11,326 nt of DNA from a virus (taxonomy: Duplodnaviria > Heunggongvirae > Uroviricota > Caudoviricetes): IMG/VR virus record IMGVR_UViG_2534681774_000020, positions 1 to 11,326 of that record; one strand, written 5' to 3'. The notes under the pieces were generated by a model. That model was not told the origin of the DNA, made no database searches, and was given only the letters and a program-made list of their open reading frames with translations. A program made the position numbers and the translations under genes. Shown in pieces: positions 1 to 6,287 of the stretch. Numbering within the stretch: position 1 is the stretch's first letter; each line of letters starts with the position of its first letter.

Positions 1-445
1 CTTCAAAGAAGCGCTGTTCTTCTTCAAGATCACCTACGATTTGAGAAAAAACCCTATTTTTAAGGCTTTTCTTTATGATTTTGTCGTATTTTTTTAGCAA
101 TTGTTCACGTGTAAATGTACGTGTTGTTGTAGCGCTTTGCACAACGACATGCGTGCTTTGATTGGTGTCCTCAATGATGAATGGGATCGGAGAATATACA
201 GACTCAACAATGTTCGACGCTTTGCCGTCGGCATCGCGGCACATGTCAACGAAGGCTTTCCATTCAGCAAGACATTTTTCAGCTTCTTCTAATATGTTTT
301 GGTCATGCGTTAATGCAACATGGCGGAATTCCTCGCCAGCATAACTGGTATCATGGAAAACAGAGTTTGCGACCACCAGCTCTTTCCACCGTTCAGCGGT
401 TTGCAGGAACCGTTTGTACTCTTTCTCGATCGACTTCTTACTCAT
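1..445 (-). CDS. Partial CDS running off the window start (at least 148 aa in window, C-terminus missing); hypothetical protein, divergent from dre. N-terminus MSKKSIEKEYKRFLQTAERWKELVVANSVFHDTSYAGEEF...
   Basis: Manual translation of the minus strand from ATG (rc of cat at 443-445) is stop-free to position 1 with balanced composition. AGGA lies just upstream of the ATG. Absent from the ORF track, presumably because no in-window stop. Function not recognised. Confidence 0.6.
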   Translation of the reverse strand, partial: MSKKSIEKEYKRFLQTAERWKELVVANSVFHDTSYAGEEFRHVALTHDQNILEEAEKCLAEWKAFVDMCRDADGKASNIVESVYSPIPFIIEDTNQSTHVVVQSATTTRTFTREQLLKKYDKIIKKSLKNRVFSQIVGDLEEEQRFFE

Positions 446-654
446 TATTCCTACTCGATTTAGTTTTCTAACATAAAATTACTATGACAAATTTATGTCG
501 AATAACAGAGTGAGTAAAGGATCGAACTGTGATTTTTTGTCATCAATTTTAGAAAACCAACCGTAGAAACCACACTTCGCAAATTAAAGACCATGAAGGC
601 AACGTGTTACTGGTCATCATCAATCTATGATGGATTAAAAAAATCGGCATTTTA

Positions 655-686
655 TAACTTTAAATAATTGGCATTATTTAAAGTTA
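655..686. other. rox: rox-type site-specific recombination target: 14-bp perfect inverted arms around a 4-bp core, TAACTTTAAATAAT-TGGC-ATTATTTAAAGTTA
   Basis: Perfect inverted repeat seen directly. It is the reverse complement of the rox site of phage D6 as I recall it (TAACTTTAAATAATGCCAATTATTTAAAGTTA). Lies about 150 bp upstream of the Cre-family recombinase gene, the same arrangement as loxP and cre in P1. Confidence 0.85.
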
Positions 687-695
687 GGCTATAAT
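668..695 (+). promoter_or_regulatory. Putative sigma70 promoter for dre: -35 TTGGCA (668-673) inside the rox site, 16-bp spacer, -10 TATAAT (690-695)
   Basis: Hexamers read directly; perfect -10 and 5/6 -35 with 16-bp spacing. The overlap with the recombination site suggests autoregulation. Not experimentally anchored. Confidence 0.35.
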
Positions 696-838
696 CATGG
701 GTAGATGATCAGTATTGACATCACTCAAAATACGCGCCTCGAATCAAAGGCTTGAATCTTGAAAATTAACTTATAGCTACCCTGTCATTTTTATATTTTT
801 CGCGTAGCGTCATCTGTATATAGAGGTTAAATAGTTTC

Positions 839-1867
839 ATGAGTGAATTAATTATCTCTGGCAGTTCCGGTGGTTTTCTGCGCAACATTGGCAAAGAGTA
901 CCAGGAAGCCGCAGAAAACTTTATGCGGTTCATGAATGACCAGGGAGCTTATGCGCCGAATACTCTGCGCGACCTCCGTTTGGTGTTTCATTCCTGGGCG
1001 CGCTGGTGTCACGCTCGCCAGCTTGCCTGGTTTCCGATCTCACCAGAAATGGCCCGCGAGTATTTTCTTCAGCTGCATGATGCCGATCTGGCTTCGACCA
1101 CCATTGATAAGCACTACGCCATGCTGAACATGCTGCTTTCGCATTGTGGCCTTCCGCCACTTTCGGATGATAAAAGTGTTTCTCTGGCTATGCGGCGCAT
1201 CCGGCGCGAAGCGGCAACTGAAAAAGGCGAACGAACAGGCCAGGCTATACCGCTGCGGTGGGACGATCTGAAACTGCTCGACGTCCTGTTGTCCAGGTCA
1301 GAACGGCTGGTGGACCTGCGCAACCGGGCTTTTCTCTTTGTTGCATACAATACGCTGATGCGTATGTCGGAAATCTCGCGTATTCGTGTAGGAGATCTGG
1401 ACCAAACAGGTGACACTGTCACGCTACATATTTCACACACGAAGACAATAACGACCGCCGCCGGGCTTGATAAGGTGCTTTCCCGTCGCACTACCGCTGT
1501 GCTGAATGACTGGCTGGATGTTTCCGGGCTTCGCGAACATCCTGACGCAGTGCTGTTCCCGCCGATACACCGTAGCAATAAGGCCAGGATCACGACAACG
1601 CCCCTTACTGCACCTGCAATGGAGAAAATATTCAGCGACGCCTGGGTGTTGCTGAATAAAAGAGATGCTACGCCAAACAAAGGAAGATACCGGACGTGGA
1701 CCGGGCATAGTGCACGCGTCGGGGCCGCTATTGATATGGCTGAAAAGCAGGTGTCTATGGTGGAGATCATGCAGGAAGGAACCTGGAAGAAACCGGAAAC
1801 ACTTATGCGGTATCTTCGCCGTGGCGGCGTGTCTGTGGGGGCTAATAGCCGCCTGATGGATTCGTAA
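839..1867 (+). CDS. dre: Cre-family tyrosine site-specific recombinase, recognised as Dre (D6-type, rox-specific)
   Basis: 342-aa ORF whose N-terminus (MSELIISGSSGGFLRNIGKEYQEAAENFMRFMNDQGAYAPNTL) matches Dre as I remember it. Alignable to P1 Cre along its length (e.g. LAFLFVAYNTLMRMSEISRIRVGDL vs Cre LAFLGIAYNTLLRIAEIARIRVKDI; WTGHSARVGAAIDMA vs WSGHSARVGAARDMA). Exact rox site upstream. Confidence 0.95.
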   Translation: MSELIISGSSGGFLRNIGKEYQEAAENFMRFMNDQGAYAPNTLRDLRLVFHSWARWCHARQLAWFPISPEMAREYFLQLHDADLASTTIDKHYAMLNMLLSHCGLPPLSDDKSVSLAMRRIRREAATEKGERTGQAIPLRWDDLKLLDVLLSRSERLVDLRNRAFLFVAYNTLMRMSEISRIRVGDLDQTGDTVTLHISHTKTITTAAGLDKVLSRRTTAVLNDWLDVSGLREHPDAVLFPPIHRSNKARITTTPLTAPAMEKIFSDAWVLLNKRDATPNKGRYRTWTGHSARVGAAIDMAEKQVSMVEIMQEGTWKKPETLMRYLRRGGVSVGANSRLMDS

Positions 1868-1940
1868 ATTAAATTTCTAACACATCTTTTTAGATTAACG
1901 CCTTTGCTGTAAAGTACCCTCGCCTATTTAGGAGGGTGCT

Positions 1941-2285
1941 TTGCAGAGTAAAATCACGGAATCAAGACGCTTCAAGGTGGATGGTTACACCGTAACCTTC
2001 GCCGCTGGTGTTAAGAACAGTCATGCTGTCGTTGTGTTCGGCATCATGACCGGGCTTGAGGCCGTCCCTGTGTTTACCCTCGAAAAAAACTGGCGAAATC
2101 TGGAGGAAGCAGAAAGCTACGTCCGGAAAGTAACCATCATTGCCGCCGAAAAACTCCTGGCCCACTATCAGGAAAATTATCGCACTATGGTCGAGAAGAT
2201 TAATCTCGCTTTCACTCGCCCCACTACCGGCTTTATTGCACCGGATACTAATGCAGGTCGCTATCCTGCAAGGGGGCGTCGGTGA
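1941..2285 (+). CDS. Hypothetical protein, 114 aa, TTG start
   Basis: ORF with a strong Shine-Dalgarno GGAGGG at 1931-1936, 4 nt before the TTG start. First gene of the operon after dre. No recognisable motifs. Confidence 0.55.
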   Translation: MQSKITESRRFKVDGYTVTFAAGVKNSHAVVVFGIMTGLEAVPVFTLEKNWRNLEEAESYVRKVTIIAAEKLLAHYQENYRTMVEKINLAFTRPTTGFIAPDTNAGRYPARGRR

Positions 2286-2758
2286 AGACTTATTACACAT
2301 CTCTGAATTGTTACCCGTCTTCCTATCCAGAATTGTCCGGGAAGCTGTTAGCTCTATTAGCTAAAGCACCTACGGAATGGTTTAAGCCAGTCATTATCAA
2401 TCCACACTTCCTGGATTACGGATCTGTTCGCACTCGTAACGAACTCAAAAACCTACTGGCGCATGGATTCATTCGACACCGTGCCGGGAAAGGCTATCAG
2501 TTAGCGATTGCGCCAGAAGAGGCCGTGCGGCTATTCGCATATCGTGACAGCCAGACAAAAGCTCGGGTAATAGCTCAAATACTTCATAACGGCAGCACCT
2601 ATGCCCGCCAGTTTGGTGGCGACACGTCGCAGTTCTTGCGGGCGGTGCGATCGCTGGAGGAGCAAGGAGTTATTGAAAGTTCCTGTCTTCCTGTTCCTAC
2701 CGTTCCACATATCAAACGTCGGGTTTACACCTTCACGCAGAGAGCTAAAAAACAATGA
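2282..2758 (+). CDS. Hypothetical protein, 158 aa, possible winged-helix DNA-binding fold (inference)
   Basis: GTG start overlaps the upstream stop (GTGA at 2282-2285), with AGGGGG Shine-Dalgarno 5 nt upstream. The C-terminal segment ...SQFLRAVRSLEEQGVIES resembles a recognition helix plus wing. Function inferred only. Confidence 0.6.
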   Translation: MKTYYTSLNCYPSSYPELSGKLLALLAKAPTEWFKPVIINPHFLDYGSVRTRNELKNLLAHGFIRHRAGKGYQLAIAPEEAVRLFAYRDSQTKARVIAQILHNGSTYARQFGGDTSQFLRAVRSLEEQGVIESSCLPVPTVPHIKRRVYTFTQRAKKQ

Positions 2759-3249
2759 TTTACGTAAAAGTGAAACGCCTACATCCGGCAGCAAAACTTC
2801 CAGCTTATGCCACCTCCGGATCGGCGGCGATGGATTTTGAGGCTGTTGAAATAAAACCATGTGTCGATAGCAATGGTGCAATTTCCTCAAGCTGGTGGGT
2901 GTACACCGGACTGGCTATGGAGATCCCGCCCGGCTGGTGTCTAAAACTCTATCCGCGTTCCGGATTGGGCTGCAAAAAACATACTCGCCTGGCTAACTGC
3001 GTAGGAATTATCGACTCCGATTATCGCGGTGAAATCATGGCAAAACTGATTACTGATCCCGGCGGGGAAGGCGTTTGTCTCAAGCCTGGAATGGCTGTCA
3101 TGCAAGGAATTTTTGAGCGTGTTGAACAAGTCTCACTAGTCGAGGTTGAGGAACTCAACGAAACGGAACGTGGTGCCGGTGGCTTTGGTAGCACATCGGA
3201 AGACCGCGTTGAAATCAAGCGTACACCGCTTCAGTACGCAAAGTTTTAA
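2755..3249 (+). CDS. dut: dUTP diphosphatase (trimeric dUTPase)
   Basis: ATGA start/stop overlap with the upstream gene. Canonical dUTPase motifs are present: PRSGLG (motif II), GIIDSDYRGE (motif III), RGAGGFGSTS (motif V), and an AAMDFEA motif-I-like segment. Confidence 0.9.
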   Translation: MIYVKVKRLHPAAKLPAYATSGSAAMDFEAVEIKPCVDSNGAISSSWWVYTGLAMEIPPGWCLKLYPRSGLGCKKHTRLANCVGIIDSDYRGEIMAKLITDPGGEGVCLKPGMAVMQGIFERVEQVSLVEVEELNETERGAGGFGSTSEDRVEIKRTPLQYAKF

Positions 3250-3263
3250 GTAGAGGAAGGATT

Positions 3264-3926
3264 ATGGTCAGCACTTTTCAGGTGTTCCCCAAATACAAAT
3301 GCCACAGCATCATTCGGGCATCGAAAATCAAAGATATTGTTATTGTCGGCAAAGCTTATGCGCCCATTTTTGGCAGTATCGAAGTCGTTGAGCCAAAAGG
3401 AATGACGCTTCGTGTTGATGGTGTGTTCTTGGAAAAATTCCGACCGCAAATAGGAGGATATCTCGTCACTGCTGAAAATGGCTATCTGGTCTATGTGCCA
3501 GAGAAAGCATTTGAAAAATGCTATAGCCGGGTTAACGACGCCTCCGAAAATGGGGTATCGCTCAGCATTGAAGGTCACAATGGGGTGACATTCATTACAG
3601 CCAGGGACGTAACTATTTCTGCTGGCGGTATCGCTACTCTACAAGAAGAAATCGACCTTGAAGCAGCCGACTTTTCTGACGCGCTGATGTGGCTGAAGGA
3701 TGGCAAGAAAGTTGCCCGGCGCGGGTGGAACGGCGAAAACCAATTCTGCTGGCTGGTTCCTGAAGGACAGTACCCGGCACGAATGGAAGCCATTAAGGGA
3801 TATTTCCCCGGCGATCTCGTTCCGTATGGTGCTTATTTCGCCTTAAAAAATGCACAAGGTGTAGTTGTTCCGTGGTTGCCTTCTGTAGGCGACTTACTGG
3901 CATGTGACTGGTTTGTAGTGGAGTGA
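3264..3926 (+). CDS. Two-domain protein, 220 aa: unknown N-terminal domain (about 135 aa) fused to a C-terminal DUF2829 (Tad2-like) domain
   Basis: Strong Shine-Dalgarno (GAGGAAGGA) before the ATG. The C-terminal 85 aa (ALMWLKDGKKVARRGWNGENQFCWLVPEG...VPWLPSVGDLLACDWFVVE) carries the DUF2829 hallmarks as I recall them (GKK..RRGWNG, VPW, DLLA.DW..VE). Domain assignment is from memory. Confidence 0.75.
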   Translation: MVSTFQVFPKYKCHSIIRASKIKDIVIVGKAYAPIFGSIEVVEPKGMTLRVDGVFLEKFRPQIGGYLVTAENGYLVYVPEKAFEKCYSRVNDASENGVSLSIEGHNGVTFITARDVTISAGGIATLQEEIDLEAADFSDALMWLKDGKKVARRGWNGENQFCWLVPEGQYPARMEAIKGYFPGDLVPYGAYFALKNAQGVVVPWLPSVGDLLACDWFVVE

Positions 3927-3932
3927 TTTAAC

Positions 3933-4733
3933 GTGGAAAATACTAAAGCAATTCAATACCGCTTGCGTAATGGCCTGCTGGTGGCTGTTAACGCCGACAT
4001 GTCACTGCCGTTTGACACGATTGAACGTACTATCATGACGTATCTCGGCTTTAATGAAGAGCTGAATGAAGAGCATGGCGTAGCTATATGGAGTGATGCA
4101 GAAAGCGGCGTTCATCGTTACATCACCGCCAGGGGCAAAGACTACTCTCTGGAAGAACTGTTTACCCTTGCACAGTCTTTCGAATGTGTAGCATTAGACA
4201 TGTTTAATGATCCTGCTATAGCGCAACGACTTATACGCGAGCTTGGGCTATCCGTTACACCAATTATCTTTAAGAATGGCAGCCTGACTGGCACATGGCG
4301 CGTAGAACGCATCTCAAACTACCTTCCATATAACCGACAGTTAAATGGAGTAATCTCCGGCGTTAATCAGCCCGTAGCGTGTGAAAATGTAAACCTGGTT
4401 GCCGCTGTTTTGGCAACCGCATGTCGTGTTATCGGTTTGGCTAAACAGGCATTTATTCATTTCCCAAATGGTGCAGAAGGTAGCGCAGAGATTATCGCGT
4501 GTGATTTCGAATTTACCTGGATGCTACGCGAATATCTGGACCAAACAGTATTCCGTGCCGAAGAACTGGATATGTATATCACGTCAACGATTCCAGACGA
4601 TGTGCGAGCTGAAGCAATCGCTACAGCCAGGGCGAAATGCCGTGCGGCGATTGCAGAGCAGGCCAAAGAAGAACCGTCCGATGAAGCCGTGGCTGATGTT
4701 GAAGCAGAGGTAGCGGAGGATGCTGACGCCTAA
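3933..4733 (+). CDS. Hypothetical protein, 266 aa, with a poly-acidic C-terminal tail (EEPSDEAVADVEAEVAEDADA)
   Basis: GTG start 7 nt after the upstream stop, with GGAG 9 nt upstream. Last gene of the plus-strand cargo operon, followed by an intrinsic terminator. No recognisable catalytic motifs. Confidence 0.7.
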   Translation: MENTKAIQYRLRNGLLVAVNADMSLPFDTIERTIMTYLGFNEELNEEHGVAIWSDAESGVHRYITARGKDYSLEELFTLAQSFECVALDMFNDPAIAQRLIRELGLSVTPIIFKNGSLTGTWRVERISNYLPYNRQLNGVISGVNQPVACENVNLVAAVLATACRVIGLAKQAFIHFPNGAEGSAEIIACDFEFTWMLREYLDQTVFRAEELDMYITSTIPDDVRAEAIATARAKCRAAIAEQAKEEPSDEAVADVEAEVAEDADA

Positions 4734-4788
4734 AAACATCACCGAATTAGCTGGCTGACAGCAGAAAAAATCATTGAGTGATAGTAGG

Positions 4789-4818
4789 AAGCCCGCCTGG
4801 TTGAGCGGGCTTCTTTTC
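4789..4818. terminator. Rho-independent terminator (8-bp GC-rich stem AAGCCCGC/GCGGGCTT, 8-nt loop, then CTTTTC) between the convergent cargo operon and doc
   Basis: Hairpin and T-tract read directly. Positioned 56 bp after the stop of the 266-aa gene and overlapping the doc stop codon. The T-run is short, so it is probably stronger for the plus-strand transcript. Confidence 0.55.
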
Positions 4819-5197
4819 AAATATTGGAACCAAATAATTCACGTAGTTTTTCCGCTACTGAAGATACGGGGATTTCACCAGTTGCGGCCCCCACCGCAAG
4901 TTCCACCAGCACGGGAGAATCATATACCTGTATACCGTTACGGCGTAGAAATAGCAGCGCACTGTTTAGCGCGGTACGCTTATTGGCATCATTGAATATA
5001 TGCCCTCTCGCAGTAGCCACCAGGTAGGTTGCGGAGACTTCGAAAAGGTCGGTAATCTCTTCGTACACAACTCTGGCCTGGACTCTCCCGATAATGGCCT
5101 CTGCCCTGCCCGGATCTGACATGCCAGGCAGGCCGCCGTAGCGGTTTATATTCGCATCATGAAGCGCAATAAGTTCTTCCGGTGATATATGCCTCAT
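4817..5197 (-). CDS. doc: Doc toxin (death on curing; Fic-family protein) of the P1-type phd-doc addiction module
   Basis: 126-aa ORF that matches P1 Doc as I recall it ([22 protein letters not shown]...). Its ATG overlaps the phd stop by 1 nt (TAATG), as in P1. Confidence 0.95.
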   Translation of the reverse strand: MRHISPEELIALHDANINRYGGLPGMSDPGRAEAIIGRVQARVVYEEITDLFEVSATYLVATARGHIFNDANKRTALNSALLFLRRNGIQVYDSPVLVELAVGAATGEIPVSSVAEKLRELFGSNI

Positions 5198-5418
5198 TAT
5201 CGGTTAACCAGTTCCTTGTTGGTGGAGTCCAGGGTGTCAAACAGGGATGCAAATTCAGCATCCAGCGCCGCTTTTTTGTAGGCTTCGAAAGTAGCCTTGC
5301 TGACAATTACTGCTGGCTCACGGCCTCTGCGGGTGATTTCAACCTCTTCCCCGGCTTCAACATTGTTGAGCACTTCAGAAAGGTTGCCACGCGCGGTACG
5401 GAAGTTAATGGATTGCAT
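5197..5418 (-). CDS. phd: Phd antitoxin (prevent host death), 73 aa
   Basis: Sequence [73 protein letters not shown] matches P1 Phd from memory. The true start is the ATG at 5416-5418 (GAGG 6 nt upstream), not the GTG used in the ORF track. Confidence 0.95.
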   Translation of the reverse strand: MQSINFRTARGNLSEVLNNVEAGEEVEITRRGREPAVIVSKATFEAYKKAALDAEFASLFDTLDSTNKELVNR

Positions 5419-5426
5419 AAACACCT

Positions 5427-5450
5427 CGTGTACTCGTTATGTGTACACAA
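5427..5450. promoter_or_regulatory. phd-doc operator: two Phd-binding palindromes (GTGTACTC imperfect at 5428-5435, TGTGTACACA perfect at 5440-5449) just upstream of phd
   Basis: Palindromes read directly. They match the GTGTACAC-type subsites described for the P1 phd-doc autoregulated promoter (established knowledge, recalled from the literature). Confidence 0.6.
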
Positions 5451-5490
5451 CTATAAACTTCACAGGCATAAAGCACCAGCACTTTGCAGC

Positions 5491-5880
5491 TTAAATAACC
5501 GGACAATCATCAAATTCCCCACTTCGGGCATCATTGATGACATGAGTGATCACACCAAAAACAGCATTACTGCCCGTGTATCCATCGTCATCTACTGGTA
5601 ACGCCTCTTTCTTCCCGGTGCTTAAATCCTCCAGGTGCTGGCGCGGATACTTCCTGTATCTCTTTATGCGATATTCACCCTCCATAGCGCACACAAGCAG
5701 AGAACCCTCAACCGGAGTAAGCGAGGAATCAACCACCAGCAAAGCACCCTGCAATATTCCCTCACGGTGATGGCTATCAGCTGCCCGCATGAAGTAGGTT
5801 GCTGATGGATGCCTGATTAGTTGCTGATCAAGAGAAATTCGGCTTTCAACATAATCCGCCGCAGGAGAAGGGAAGCCCAT
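5491..5880 (-). CDS. humD: HumD, UmuD'-like translesion-synthesis accessory protein (S24 peptidase fold, pre-processed form)
   Basis: 129-aa ORF beginning [12 protein letters not shown]...HPSATYF, which aligns with E. coli UmuD from the Cys24-Gly25 cleavage site onward (UmuD: [29 protein letters not shown]). Same humD-phd-doc neighbourhood as in P1. Confidence 0.9.
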   Translation of the reverse strand: [129 protein letters not shown]

Positions 5881-5898
5881 AGCGTTTTACCTCAATGA

Positions 5899-5918
5899 TA
5901 CTGTTTATTCATACAGCA
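5899..5918. promoter_or_regulatory. LexA (SOS) box TACTGTTTATTCATACAGCA upstream of humD
   Basis: CTGT-N8-ACAG architecture, 16/20 match to the consensus TACTGTATATATATACAGTA. Lies 19-38 bp upstream of the humD start codon. Confidence 0.6.
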
Positions 5919-6003
5919 TACATTGAAAAGGCATAGTTTGTGAAAGCGGGGTTTGTAGGCGCGCCACGCTGGGGGCTAATCACATTTCTCCCCCATCTTG
6001 CCG

Positions 6004-6255
6004 TTATTTTTTTGGTGCATCCTCGTTCTGATACACCGGATCGCTCCCTTTTGGCAACTGGAGGCTTAACTGCCGGTAGTGCCGTAGCCGTTCCATGAAA
6101 TAGGCGCGCAGGTTTTCCGGTTGCTCACGGGCCACCTGCTCTGCAATCACAGGTATATTCAGCCGTTCTTTGTAAGCAACGCCGCTGGCGGCAAGGTCTA
6201 CGTTCACCTTGTCTCGCTCTTCCTGGCTTTTAGCTGCTATATTTCGATCTGACAC
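6004..6255 (-). CDS. Hypothetical protein, 83 aa (GTG start), function unknown
   Basis: ORF with a GGAGG Shine-Dalgarno 6 nt upstream of the GTG start. Hydrophilic, protein-like composition. Sits immediately upstream of the humD promoter region. Not recognised. Confidence 0.55.
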   Translation of the reverse strand: MSDRNIAAKSQEERDKVNVDLAASGVAYKERLNIPVIAEQVAREQPENLRAYFMERLRHYRQLSLQLPKGSDPVYQNEDAPKK

Positions 6256-6287
6256 AAGAAACCTCCAGGAGTTAGTGGATCAGGCAC

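Noticed and set aside
101-471. Three overlapping plus-strand ORFs (101-292, 162-344, 181-471)
   Set aside because: Cys/His-rich, low-complexity translations with no Shine-Dalgarno; they lie antisense to the much cleaner minus-strand partial gene (1-445) and are shadow frames.
448-650. Candidate C1-type operator sites in the divergent intergenic region
   Set aside because: I could not find a convincing match to the asymmetric P1 C1 operator consensus as I recall it (ATTGCTCTAATAAATTT); only short partial matches, so no operator is called.
930-1770. ORFs on both strands inside dre (930-1160 minus, 936-1127 plus, 1114-1770 minus, 1433-1708 minus, 1665-1856 plus)
   Set aside because: They lie entirely within the well-supported recombinase gene, mostly antisense; Ser/Arg-rich, typical of out-of-frame translation of a GC-rich gene.
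1962-3218. Frame-shifted and antisense ORFs within the cargo operon (1962-2300 minus, 2140-2364 plus, 2531-2890 minus, 2601-2840 plus, 2941-3129 minus, 3021-3218 minus)
   Set aside because: They overlap better-supported plus-strand genes with start signals and recognisable motifs (dUTPase); no independent start signals.
2755-3249. dUTPase as a stand-alone anti-defence gene
   Set aside because: All motifs are those of a normal catalytic dUTPase. A moonlighting regulatory role is known for some phage dUTPases but cannot be inferred from sequence, so it is reported only as part of the operon-level finding.
3246-4820. Frame-shifted and antisense ORFs across the DUF2829-fusion gene, the acidic-tail gene and the terminator (3246-3578 minus, 3575-3793 minus, 4399-4713 plus, 4457-4666 minus, 4584-4820 minus)
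   Set aside because: Shadow frames of the coupled plus-strand genes; 4584-4820 minus would read through the terminator hairpin.
4774-5770. Plus-strand ORFs antisense to doc, phd and humD (4774-4995, 4824-5027, 5182-5601, 5297-5494, 5546-5770)
   Set aside because: They are antisense to three genes I recognise by sequence; no start signals.
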